A stretch of 64,000 bases of DNA from Chlorokybus atmophyticus. Taxonomy: Eukaryota; Plantae; Mesostigma and Chlorokybus algae. The stretch covers positions 122,428-186,427 of the forward strand of contig RHPI01003124.1 of assembly GCA_009103225.1 (NCBI GenBank), read 5' to 3'. The notes beneath the pieces are model-generated. The model ran no database searches and had not been told where the DNA came from. It saw only the letters and a list, made by a program, of their open reading frames with translations. Position numbers and translations under genes: made by a program. Shown here one piece after another: positions 25,001-37,257 of this stretch; position 1 is the stretch's first letter; each line of letters opens with the position of its first letter.

Positions 25001-26591
25001 GTACATGAACTGAACACAGCTTTGCCAGAAGACTACGAGGTTCTGGGCTTCCCTCCCCTACCCACTCGTGCTGTGTTGGGAATGGCACCATCATCTGTGC
25101 ACAGCAGCAATGCCTTTGTCCTCAGCAACCAGCACCAGCGCGCGGCCAGGATGCTTGCAGCAGGTTAGTTTCTTGCTTACCAGGAAACAAATGCCTTTGA
25201 TTCTTGTGTAGCTGTTTCTGAAGATTCCTGCTGACCTCAGCGCTTCATTCGAGTACTGAACGACAGTTGCGCGCCACCACATTGTGTTGACTCATCCTTG
25301 TGTACTGACAGGGCTTGAGCTGGCAGATGGTGCTAGTGGTGCTCTGTATGTTGATGCCAGTCAGCGCCTCTTCAGCACCGCTCCAATCCCGAAGCAGCAG
25401 CAGCAGCAGCTGCCACCACAACAGTTGCAGGTTCAGCCCGCTGCTGTTGGTATGCTGCCTGAGGCGAATGGTGCACCAACTGGACAGCCAAAAGCAAATG
25501 GCGATGTTGATGAAGACGAAGTCATTGTCTTTCAACCTGTCAAGCCGTCCTCGCCTCTTAGCAATGCATCTCCAGCCAGTGCTGCCTCCCCTGCTAGCAT
25601 TCCGTTATCCACTAGTCAGGAAGAACGGGAGGTTCCGCAGTATGCTCTTCCCCACATGCAGGTGTGTATTTTTCATCAGCGGGTGCCATAGTCATGTAGT
25701 CCCATGCATCAAGAGTTTCTCATACATCTTGCTTTGTAGGGTTTGTTTGGTGCGATAGGGCCAACCCCCGGTACGAATGCTGTTGGCGTGATTGGTGACC
25801 GCTGGCAGCCGGCGGGCCAGACAGCCAATGGAGGTTCCAGCCTCTTCTCAAGTGGGTTTCACTTGAGTACAAAACAAGGCCTGGCATCCCCGCCGCCACA
25901 GACACCTCCTGCTCCCGGTCTGTACGATGGCTATACGTCCCCCAGGTTCAGCCCAACGCTGCCATCACAAGCAGCACCGCAGTTTGGTGACTTGCCCTCC
26001 TTGCAGCAACAGGCTAATCAAGCAGCTGGCCACATTGGAGCAGGGTTTCCTTCACAAGGGCCTCTTTTTGGTGATGTCCTTGCAGTGCAGCAGCAACTCA
26101 ATCCGCACCAGCAGCAGCAACTCATTGCTATGCAGCAGCATCTCTTGGCACGTGCATCCGGCAGTCTGCGAACGGGATCATCAACCCCAGTGCCCCAGAC
26201 TGGTCACCCCGCTGCCATGCAGGAATTCAACCAGGACTCGTCGAGCATGTTTAGAACAGGAGGTGCACGCTCTGGCTTGAAGGTTCCTCCAGGATTTGGC
26301 CCGCAGCCTGCTTTGCGCCCACAAAGAACGCAGGAAGCGCAACTGTGGCCGTCAGGACTTTCGAGCAACCAGCACAACTGGCTGGATGCGTTCTCGCATG
26401 TTCGTCCTGCGCTCGATCCCAATAGTGCCGGCAGCATGTACAATCCGTGGGCTTCGTTGAACCTAACAGCCCCAGGTCGCGAGTTTGGCTCAGCATTGCC
26501 ACCTCGTGGTGATGTTGGTTCGCTGCCGTTTGCGGGTGGCCAGGCATACCATGCCCAACCGAACAACTCATCAGGACCACCAACGGGGTGA
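22029..26591 (+). CDS. SMG7: SMG7/EST1-family nonsense-mediated decay factor
   Basis: YEALLFLDYDFAQSRDVEQLLWKSVFYRRIEDFR, HRSLVCLGDLARY, AASYYLQALRIWPDGGNPHNQLAVLATY, ALPEDYEVLGFPPL, DEDEVIVFQP, then a long Q/P/G-rich tail. One interval falls in the N gap. Confidence 0.93.
22989..23286. other. Assembly gap (N run) inside SMG7
   Basis: Run of N flanked by G homopolymers. Confidence 0.99.
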
Positions 26592-27089
26592 TGGCTTCAG
26601 GTATGCTTTTCTCCTCCCTTTTGCCGTAGGCAAGCAGTGTGCATTGATAATACTTGCCCTGTACTCAACCTATTCTTGCCCGTGCAGGATATGCAAGCTT
26701 GCACCACATGTGTGTCGCGCTGTGACATGGCACAGTCCGCCCTGCCCCGGTTGAATCGTATCGGGGACAGAAACGAGTGACATCAACAGTGCTGAACGGA
26801 TAACATTCTACGGTGAGCGCCACTCGTATCTGCCCTCATCAATTGGGCAGTTTTGAGCTTCCCCCAGCTTGTGAGACAAGACGATATATGGCGACAGCTG
26901 GCATACTGGAGTTCATCACACAAGACTGTCACGCACAGTCCTTTTGAAAGTTCAGGGGTTGAGACGGTCAGACACCACTGAGCTTTGGCAATTTGGTCTG
27001 GCGTCTGCGTGGTAGCTAGTTGGTACCCTTGCATTAATCAGCTCGAAGCCCGACAGGCTGGGCCAGTGTGGGGCCTTATCAGGCTGCCC

Positions 27090-27400
27090 CCCTGCCACGT
27101 ACAGCAAGCATTTGCATGCACGCGCTCGGCGTGTGCCTTAGTGTAGGTTTCTTCATCCGCAGTGTGTTCTTGTAGGGACGCATTGCTAATGGATTGTCTT
27201 TGCTTGTGAACATTCATGCTTTGCACGAGATGGCCTGTTTTTTATTGAGCTACCAAAAGCGGATGCGAGGTGCCTCTTATACTTATAGAGAGTTGTGCAG
27301 AAGATGGCTCGAGCAGTGCATGGTATGTTGCCTGGTGAAGGGCAAGGACATGTTTTGTACAAATTACCAGCCAGGACACCGACCGCTGCACGTCCAACAT
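27090..27400 (+). mobile_element. Penelope-like retroelement remnant (RT thumb / C-terminus)
   Basis: Broken frames YSKH...RFLHP, CEHSCFARD, MRGASYTYRELCRRWL parallel LYSKQ..., THFISAM and MQAGYA..HRWM in the copies at 45.7-45.9 kb and 53.6-53.9 kb. Confidence 0.45.
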
Positions 27401-27990
27401 ATGGAACTGCAACAGTTGACTAATGTAGCACGGCCTCAGAAGCATGGGTCGTTGGGAATGTGCAGTTTTGTAGTTGTTTGCACAGCCCTATTACTTATAT
27501 ATATGCAGTAGTTGTGAGTGTCACAAGGTACAACTTTATTGCGCCGCTATGTGTAAATGGTTACTTGCTAGCAAAGACAGGGGGGCAGGCAAGATACTGG
27601 GACGGGCAGAAACTTTCTTCAACACCTGCTCTACGGAATTACACTACGTGAACGCATGTGCATGCAGTGGTAGGCAAAGGCAGAGTGGTACGAGGGAATG
27701 AAACGGGACCTCCTGCAGGCGGAGGGGCGAGTGATTGTGGCAGCCAGAGTTCCCAGTGGCAGCTCGTGTGGCTTGAGTGGTGGCCTGATTGCTTTGCCTC
27801 ATTGCCTCCGAGTGTCTATCGTCTGTTGCTAGTCAGCAGCTTTTCTCTCCTCCAAGTCTTGTGCGAGTGCTGACAATTGATGCAACCTCTGATGACAATA
27901 CTGTTTAAGCTATTCCAATTACGCGTGGCGTACTTTTGATTGCCGTCAGGCCAGAACTGTGCGAAGGAGTGCTAAATGCACCTGTACTGT

Positions 27991-28718
27991 TCAGGAGTTT
28001 CCAACAACAATGCCAAGTTTTGCGAGCTCAGTTCGGGCCTCAACTATGTCCTGCGCAGCAACGCCCGGATCAAAACAACCAACAAGCCATGCCGTTTTTT
28101 CTATGCGGAACATTCATCAAGGTTACTATTGTTGCATTGTGTTACCTTTTGTAGAAGAGCCACTTCGCGGTCGCATGTCGGAAACACCGCCACTTCGTAG
28201 CCGATGTATGCGAGGGAGTAACAGCCAAAAGCGACCAGAGCCCACAGCGGCAACTGCAGCAAATCAAGCAGAGTGAGAACACACAGGATGCTCCGTGACT
28301 GTGCTGTTCCATTCCAAATCCAGTACACGTATGTACGGAGCGTTTTACCGAGGCAAGATGCCATACTGTTGTGTGCTGAGTGCTGCAAAGACGACGTTCT
28401 GGCTCAGTAGCTCAGTGAGATTCACGTGCAACAGTATGACACCCTTTATCTGACACATGCAGAGCAATCACCGCTGTATATGACACCACAAGTTGTGCTT
28501 ACAGTTGTGCGCAACATATTCAGCCAAGAGCACATGCAATGCAACCATGCTGCAAGTGCTAATCATGAGTCAAGTTATGTAAGTCATTGAGTGACTGTGT
28601 GTCTCACCACTTCTATGACGGCCCTGGTGCTTGGCTCCAGCTCAGATATCGAGAGCAGCTTGAGCCACAGACCCCCGAGCAAGATGGCGCCGCCCAGCCA
28701 CCACACCACCCTCCGCAT
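27991..28718 (-). CDS. DPM3: Dolichol-phosphate mannosyltransferase subunit 3
   Basis: Exons 28718-28608, 28253-28146, 28050-27991 give MRRVVWWLGG..LPLWALVAFGCYSLAYIGYEVAVFPTCDREVALLQKDIVEARTELAKLGIVVGNS*. Confidence 0.9.
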
Positions 28719-28759
28719 CGGTACGTAAAGTGTAAGAGCAGGCGTCACATTACATCACG

Positions 28760-29200
28760 CCTTTGACGGCCACACCCTCGCCGACACCGACACCAACACC
28801 GCTGCCGCCTGCTGATCACACTGAAAGCAATGATCAGTGAACAGGCCGTAGCGTTGCTGCTGCTCACATTGATGATCCGGTAGCGAGATCACTGCACAAG
28901 TCAATCAGCTTGTCAACTTGACTGATCCCATTCGGCTGCCCAGATTTTGGCGGTTAGGTTTGGCGGAGGTGACGGCGGGGGCTGTGGCGGCGGCGGTGGT
29001 GGCGGTGGTGGGCGACAAGGTGCAGGACATCATTGGGGTCGTGGTGTTATTTAGCGTCGACTCGGAGTGGGAGCAGCTGAAAGCTTAGTCTAGGTTTTGG
29101 CGCCATCAGGGGTTAGGGTTTGTGCGCAGCCTGGGAGCAGGAGCTGGGAGGTGGAGGCTCGCGTCGGTGTAGTTGTAGTTCGGTTGGCAAGTCACTCTCT
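28760..29200. promoter_or_regulatory. Bidirectional promoter between DPM3 and SAP gene, with TGATC cluster and telo-box
   Basis: Head-to-head ATGs at 28718 and 29218. TGATC cores in 28812-28817, 28831-28836, 28873-28877 and 28922-28927; TTAGGGTTT at 29113-29121. Confidence 0.55.
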
Positions 29201-29217
29201 TCTGCCGTTATTTTACA

Positions 29218-30595
29218 ATGACGGACTACAAGAAGCTCAAAGTGCCAGAGCTGAAGGAGCTGCTCAGCGCTCGGGGTTTGGAGACAACAGGTCTCAAGGC
29301 GCAGCTGGTGGAGCGTCTGGAGCAGGCAGACGCTGCTGCTCCTGCTGTTTCAGAGACGCAGGCTGCGCAGTCTCAGCCTGTCTCGGCTGACTCTGCGCCG
29401 GCTGCTGCTGCTGCTGCCGCTGCCACTCCGGCTGAGTCTGCGGAGCAACACCCGCCGCCGCAGCAGCAACCGTCCGCTGCGGCGCAATCAGCTGCAAAGG
29501 ATGATGAGCCAGCACCTGCTGCCGCTGTTGTAGATGGCATTGGTGCTGCCGACAAGGATCAGGAGGTAGCCGACCCAGCGCCAGAAGCGCCACCAAAGGC
29601 TGATGGGGTTAGCGATCAAGATAGGAAGCTGCAGCGGGCGCAGCGGTTTGGGTTGCCTGTGGTGAACACGGAGGTTGATAAGAAAGCTGCACGTGCACAA
29701 AGGTGAGGGTTGCGTCAAGCGTTCATTGTCACCAAGCCTTGCGTGGCCTGTTCGTTGGTCGTGATGCCAGTGCGGCTTATGCTGCCTAGGTTTAAACTGC
29801 TGTACAGTAATTTCACAGTCGAGATTTGGAGTACACAATCCCCGGCGCATGTGACGCGTACATGCTCTAGTGGTAACATGCATTTCAATGGTGCAGGTTT
29901 GCCTCCACAACCGCCTCAGTCGACAACGGTTCAGCAGCAAAGACCACCCCGCCATCTGATGAGGAAGCCAAGAAAGCTGCTCGTACAGCAAGGTTTGGCA
30001 CAGCTGCAGTCGAGGAATTATTGAAACGACCGGCCGACGCAGCTAACAATGGAGAGGCCAAGAAGCCAAAGCTAAACAATGGAACAGGGGCGAAAGCTGC
30101 CATGTCAGAAGCAGAGAAGGAGAAGCTGAAGGCCCGGGCTGAGAGGTACATATCCCTGATGCATGTGGTGTGCATTCTGCAGCATGGCGCTTGTTTCTGC
30201 CACTGATGGTCTTGGTTGCGTAAGTGCACATGCAACAGCTTTGCAACGCTGGCAGGTTTAATCTTCCTTTGAGTGAGAAGACTGGAGAAGCTCCACAAGC
30301 GGCGACTGCTGATGCGCAAGTTAAGCGAGAGGCCCGCACAGCACGGTTCAACACATCATCGACAACATCAACTGCAACTGCAACTGCAACGACTACATCC
30401 CAGAAGTTGAGTCCTGAAGATGAAGAGAAGCGCAAGAAGAGACTTGAAAGGTCTGCCAGATTGCCTTACCTGTGTTAAGCACAAAATGCTAACAACATTT
30501 TCCTCACATTGTTTTGCTTCAGATTTGCACAACCTGCCCAAGACAAGAGCAAACCTGAGGAGGAGGCGACGCAGCCAGCTGCTGTGGCCTCCTGA
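29218..30595 (+). CDS. SAP-domain mRNA export factor, Tho1/SARNP(CIP29)/MOS11 family
   Basis: N-terminal SAP domain YKKLKVPELKELLSARGLETTGLKAQLVERL; repeated RAQRFG / RAERF / RTARF motifs over four exons. Confidence 0.85.
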
Positions 30596-31329
30596 GAGCG
30601 ATCACCCCCCAAGCATGCAAGTGATTTTGTTTGTGCGGTCTATGTTGCCTTATGAGGGGTTGTCAATGGGGCGGTCAACGCGGAGAGGTTGCAGTTGTCG
30701 CCAAAGGGCTCAGGCACCATTCACTGGTTTTCTCTGTCTGTCTGTCTGTCTGTCATATCGTCTCATGCATCTGCACCAGTTGTGGCAAGTGCTGTACCAT
30801 GCTTCAGTTTTCTGGGTTCAAGTTGTTTTGGCGCCTGTGGCTCCCTCAGGTAAGGTGAGCGTCCTCAGTTTTGTTGCATTGCATTGTTTTGTCCACGTGT
30901 CCAGTATGTCCAGCAGTAAGGCTGTTCAATGTCCCTGTGCCTGGGCCCTTTGCGCGTACAAGCGTGACCTCTTTGCGATTGCCCCTGAGAGTTCTCCTCG
31001 AGATAGCCAGTAGTGTGGTCTAGTTCATTGTTAATGAGAGGGGTGTTGGCCAAGTTGGAGGCACAGCTTGTGACTGCTCCGCTGGTTGTTTCCATGTGCA
31101 TGAAGTGAAGACATGCCACTGCTATCAGCGTTCGCCTTGCATACATGGCACAGTACTGCAGTGCTTGCTTTATACACATGCGTTGCAAGCAATATGGTGG
31201 GGTCGTCACGCCAGCAGATTGCTGGTTTATGCTGATTGCAACACAGCTGGCCTATGTGCACATATTGCACATGCCATTCGCTTTGGATGCAAAATGTTTA
31301 GGTCTAGGTTGCATGCGCCATGGTGCTCT

Positions 31330-32400
31330 GCACACATGTAGTATGCAATGAGTGTTGCATGTGTACATCAAATCTGCAGGTTGGTGTTGCTGTTTATGAT
31401 AGGCCTAATAATGTGCTATGGCCTGGCATGAAAAAATGCAAATCCAATGCCTTGATATTGCGCAGGGCTTCACAACTGAGAATCGGAAAGGTAGCACAGT
31501 ACCAAGTATTAGTTGCGGAGATTACGGTTAGTGATAACGAAGACAGCATAGATTGTCACCTGCATCGTGCTCGATTGCCTTTCATGCTTGTCATGTCCTC
31601 CGCTGCAGGTGAAGCTCGCTGCTCCTTTGTCTGCCCTACCTACGCTCTTGCACTTGCATTCACGTAGATTAGCCTAGAGAAAGCCCCTGTAGCTTAAAGG
31701 TGGTGGTGTGGGAATAGAGCGTTGTGCTAGGTGCTGTGTGAGCTTGGCATAGGTGTTGCATGATGTTTTCCTATACCCTATGCATGCGAGGATGGCAATG
31801 GCACCATCGCATTGCATACTTTCAATGTTATAGACATTATTGCGATTTGAATATGCGATGCGATGCAGTAGGCAGGTTGTGCTAAACATGCGGTCTTAAG
31901 AAAGCAACGCAGGTGGATGTATGAGCGGCAGGGCATGGTGTACGATGGAACGTACAAATTCCACCTTGTTAGTAGCAGACTCAAACACAACCATGTCAAA
32001 CATGTGAGTGAGGTAAGTGAATGAGAGGTAAGCAGTTGGGGGAGCAGTCCAACCCGCATGCACAATCAGTGACATTTCACTTGCTTATATTGCTGTGTTT
32101 GCCTATGCCTGCTGCTGTAACATGTTGTTGTGTTGGCATATGCTGCCTGTAGCTACTGTGCTAGTGCGTGTGTTTGAGTGCATGCTATGCACCAGCGTAA
32201 TTATGCCTGTTGGGTGACGACACGTTGCCATTAGAACAGATGGCTCAGCATGATGGTTATTATTACCTGCAGTCATTACTTGACCAACGGTGAGATGAGA
32301 TCCTATACAGGCAGATGTAAAAACCAGCAGGCAATGGCGGCGCCATAACTTTGTAGACAATTGAGGGATGTGGATGGGGGCTAAGTCAGGGCGTCCAGCT
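31330..32400 (+). mobile_element. Penelope-like retroelement, decayed 3' part
   Basis: 31865-32070 aligns at DNA level with 45830-46030 (GCAGGTGGATG..GGCATGGTGTACGA); VYDRP..SN..RIGKVAQY thumb-like peptide; shared 3' motif at 32338-32395. Confidence 0.65.
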
Positions 32401-33235
32401 TGTCCGTCCTATCTGTCGAGTCGTGCTTGGTGCTGGTGGCTGCGCCAGGGCCTAACCTCTCCTTTCTTGCTTTCTCCACACGCTCCGCATGTTGATACCC
32501 GTGCTGCCTTACCTGCTGTCGAACCATGCTTCTACTGCATCGGTTTGAGGGACTTTATAATCTATAAACCCTATATAATCTTAGTTGTGGTGGTGTAGTG
32601 TAGTAGCAGGTGTAACTCTTTCTTGGCCCCCACTTAATCATGTGCTTTCTTGTGCACAATTACTATAAGATACTTGCCAATTTGCTACATGCAACTCTTG
32701 TGTGTTATATTAGGTATAACGGTTGCCAAGCTCTTTAGAATGGGGCGCGCAATTTCTTGCTGAAAATAGCATTAGACCATATGCGTGCCAGAAATGTCAA
32801 TCTACTCATGATGTTGAACCGTAGACCATGTACAGTCATTCATTAATTGATCCAATCGTAGTGAACGTAATATCATATAAAATGGTAAGCCTCACGCGCA
32901 AAAGATGATAATAGTGCATGTTATGTATGTATCGTCATGTACATTGGACAATAAATTGCATCCCTTGAACATTGATGATATGATGACGATGACATGACAA
33001 TGATATTGGTAGGCACCATCAAGTGTGTAGTCAACTACGGACGAGGGCATCAGCAGTCAAGTTGTACAGTTTTAGTGCTGTGATCAGGTCATCTCCGGCT
33101 TTCATACAACTTGGAGGGTTTTGCAAAGCTTTAGCTTTGTATCCACGTAAGCTGCCAGCAGCACACAAGCCAGCGTGCCGATTGGCGCCTACACTGTGGC
33201 ACGTTCACGTCAGCACCGTAGCGCGGGCGTCCCAC

Positions 33236-35624
33236 ATGGCGGCAACGGCGGTGGCGGCCGCCGTCCCTGGTTGCCGCGTTGCAGCATGCCTCTCACCCTT
33301 ACCGAAGTCGCCGCCTAGCAAACAGCTCCAACGCCCAGACGTACACAATGCTGAAGCAGTGAGGTGGCGGGCGCCTCCGCCATCGCTGCGTCCTTCCCCG
33401 CCGCATAAGGGTAAGAGGCGAAGCAGCACGCCTTGTCAGGCTTCTACGTCAGCCCCTTCTGCCCCTACTCCTTTGCCTTCTTCTTCTTCTCAAGTAACAG
33501 TAGATACCCAAGGCGACTCCAGCATTGCAGAAGCCAAGCGCCCGTTGCAAGACTTGTAAGCATGCAAGCAACAGCGGCGCATTGCATTTGGTGAAACTGT
33601 AATGGCTCGATAATAAATTTTACCTATGAGGCATGGCTGTTTCGTTGATGTTATTGTTGAGTGTGTGCATGTCTTGTTGTAAAGGTATTGGGAATGGAGG
33701 GGCCATCGCATAAGATACCAGCAGCTTGGCGAAGACGGAGATGGTCCTGCCATTGTGTGCATTCACGGCTTTGGAGGCAACTGGTGAGAACATGCATGCA
33801 TGCAGCCATGGTTTTCCTTACATGTCCTGCTGTACACAGTCACTAGCAAAGCCGCACTTTACTTAAGGTTTCATATAAAGGCCATTGTGCTTAATTGACT
33901 AATATCGTTCTTAGGTTGTGCAACACGCAAGTACGCACAGCATTCTTCTCTTGCCTCTCTTGTGCTGCAACCAGTGTTTGTGTCATCCAGTACCTTATGC
34001 ATATGTTATTGGATTGGTTGTCGTGTTTGTACAAGTCATCATCATTGGCTTCCGCAGCTCGCATTGGCGAAAGAATCTGCCAGAGTTTGCGACAATTGGG
34101 CGGGCATATGCAATTGACTTGCTGGGTTACGGCTACTCGGACAAGCCGAGCCCGAGGGGTGCTGCCGGTGAGCAGGTGGTCCCAAACGGACTATACAACT
34201 TCCACACATGGTCCGCGCAGGTCCTTGATTTCTGCCGCGAGGTGGCGGGCGGACCCGCCTTCCTCATCTGTAACTCCGTTGGAGGTAACACCGTGACTCA
34301 CACGCATGCACGCGCGCGCTTTGTGAGCCTGCACGCACACATAGAAGTTCTATTGTCCACTTACTAGTAACTGTCTGCCTCACACGCACGTACGTGCGCG
34401 CTCTGTGTGCAACCGCGTACACAGCGCAGAGTTGCTGCTGTTTGTTCACTTGTCAGGTCTGAAAATTACGCAGAGAGGTGCGGGTCAGTAGTCAGTGCTT
34501 TGTACATTCTCTCTAACATCCTTTTTGCGTTGTCAGGTATAGTGGGGCTGCTTGCAGCGGTGGACGAGCCGGAGATGGTGAAGGGGGTTTTCCTACTCAA
34601 CATCTCCTTAAGGATGCTTCACCTTCAGAAGCAGTCGTGGTATACGAAGCCGTTTGTCAAGGCACTGCAGCGCGTTTTGAGGTAACAAACGTGTACATGC
34701 TCGTGCTACATGGATGTGGATGTGTGTGCTATCCGTAAATGTAGGTGCTCCCGCTTGTGCACTCGAGTTGTTATGTGTGCCAACTGTTGTCCTTGTATTT
34801 TGCAGAGAGACCAGTGTTGGGGAGATGTTCTTCAAGCAGGTAGCGACACCACGAACAGTGGAGAAGATTCTCAAACAGGTATTAAAGCAGTCCTTATTAT
34901 GAACAGACCTGTTGCAACATCACAATGAGTAGTGTTACATTCTTGGTTTTCAAGAGCCTGCTAGCAATGCTTGCATGCAACGCCCAGCAAGTTCAATAAA
35001 GTGAATGTGCAACCACATGCACGCACATAATAACATCTTTACAGCGACAATTGCTTGTCTGATTAGTCTTGTATGCATCTGGTGACAGGCGTACGCAGAC
35101 CCGAGCACAGTCACACCAGAGCTGGTGTCCCTGATCCTGGAGCCCGGCCTACTGCCCGGTGCCGTTGATGTGTTCCTCGACTTTGTTTCCTACTCAGGAG
35201 GGCCCTTGCCGGAGGAGCTCCTTGCCGCGGTCAAAGTACGCTTGTGTGTTGAGGTTGTGTCGACAACGTTGACATATCACTTTCATCATGCGTGTAAACA
35301 TATTCATAGCCTGTCATTGCTGCAGAGGCCAGTGTTTATTGGATGGGGTGAAAAAGATCCATGGGAGCCGCTCGCTTTGGGCAAGAATTTCCAGCAGTAC
35401 AAATGTGTGGAGGAGTTTGTTGTCTTGCCCAAATTGGGACACTGCCCCATGGTGAGATACTTGTGTCCGTTGTTCCTGGCAGCTCCTGATGTGAGGTATC
35501 TGTCCCCTTGGGTTTGACTGTGGGTTGGCGCTTACCCTCACAGGACGAGGGACCGGAGGTGGTCAACCCATTGGTGAAGAGGTTTGTCCTCAAGCATTCT
35601 GGCCTGGACGTCGTGGAGTCATAG
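33236..35624 (+). CDS. Plastid-targeted alpha/beta hydrolase (pheophytinase-like family)
   Basis: YWEWRGHRIRYQ, IHGFGGN.SHWRKN, AIDLLGYGYSDKP, nucleophile elbow ICNSVGG, WGEKDPWEP, GHCPMDE; Ala/Ser/Pro-rich N-terminus. Confidence 0.92.
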
Positions 35625-36029
35625 CGTTGGTAGGACAGGCATATCTGCATAGCGAATTGCAGGCTGCAGTCGGCGCTCACAGGCATCACCTTACGTCTTA
35701 AGGAACTGCGTTGCATCTCCTTATGTTCACAACTTTCCAAGGTGTTTTCAAGTCAATGCAAACTCTAATCCATAAGTGATTGCTGGTGTTGCAATGTATA
35801 CAAAAGATGCGGGAGGCAATTAGTCCATATGCTGAGTGCAAGCATTGATTTAGTATGGTGCTATTCTTTGAGGTCCAATCAGGGCATCCTCATTCTCCAA
35901 GTGCATAACCATATATTGTGGCTCGCGAGATGTTGCCTTGCTGACGTTTTCATCAGCTTGCCTCTGCATGCTGCTGCTTGAGGTTCTAGTCTAGGGTTGG
36001 GTTGAATGTGCAAGGTGACAGGTCATAAG

Positions 36030-36400
36030 CTTTGCCTTGGGCCCCACTTGATTGGTTGTTGTGCCTTGTTATGCTTGCTTGCATGTGTTGTTTTGCACGT
36101 CGATTCTTAAGCATGCCTCGCGCGGCTTTAATGTACGTTATGTATGCTACATATACATCTGAACGGCCCTAAGGGCAGGTATTGTGACAATGAGATTGCT
36201 TGGGGGTCATGCATGTTATATTGGAGCTGAGGTAGTAGCACATAGCCTGGCGGTGATAAAGATGGTGTTGATGGTTGCATGCTATAATTGTGTACAATGA
36301 TGGTGAATTGCATGAATAGGGTATATAAGTCATGTTGTATGCATGCAATTTGTGCACATACAAGCTCGCACGTACAAGCTTACAAGCCAACCTGAGTGAA
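36030..36400 (-). mobile_element. Probable Penelope-like remnant
   Basis: Minus-strand YYLSSNI and SQY..F.CICS resemble the PLE thumb; CATAAC..GTGGGGCCCAAGG 3' motif near 36030-36075. Confidence 0.35.
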
Positions 36401-37257
36401 GTAAGCAAGCAAACAGGCTGTCACAATTGCATGTCATGTGCGAGCATGAGACAATGAACCGCACATGCATGCAATGCCATGCTAGCATGCTAAGCTGCCT
36501 ACTCGGTACACATGATTGTCAATTCACCGCATATGTGTTACTGTTACTATTGCTTTGTGATGTTCATCTGATACATCATCTCGTTTGTGCTCGCAATGCT
36601 GATTATGCACTCATGTTTTAATGATTTGGAATAACACCCACAACTATCATCCATGCGGTATGTCAAGCATTGGTTGCTTTGTGTTAATATCACATGTTGA
36701 AAACTAATTTCACACATGCAAAAATATGCAATACACTCGCTGAAGCTACTTGTATAGTGTCATGGCTGCTAATGCTGCTGCTGTAGATGTTAATAATGAT
36801 ATTAGCATAACAGAATAAATGGTATTATTACTGGATGCTATTGTGTACATCCAATTGCCACAAACACTTACGTTGCTCAAGCTCTACATTGGTAAAAACG
36901 TTATCCTTGATTGCCCACCTCAATCGCCAATCTAGAGTGCACCAGCTTTGACTTCATGGACGTCAATTTGAGGTACTTCGTCAGTTGAGATACTGGTTGC
37001 GTCGATCACGAACGGAAAAAAAGCGCGGGAAAATCTGCAGATTCAATTGCTTCGAAAGCAAGCATGAACCTGCGGCGGCCGCCGCTGCGTGTATGTGTCT
37101 GTGCGTGTGGGTGACCTCTCGGCTGCCTGTTGCTTGGAGAAGCGCTGCAGCTTCCCGGTCTACACAACTTTGTGGAGGGCTGGGCTGGGTACCTTCAGCT
37201 CTTGGGGTGAGGAGCAGGTGCTGGTTGCCAGCTGGCAAGCAGCACAAGCTTGCCGGC

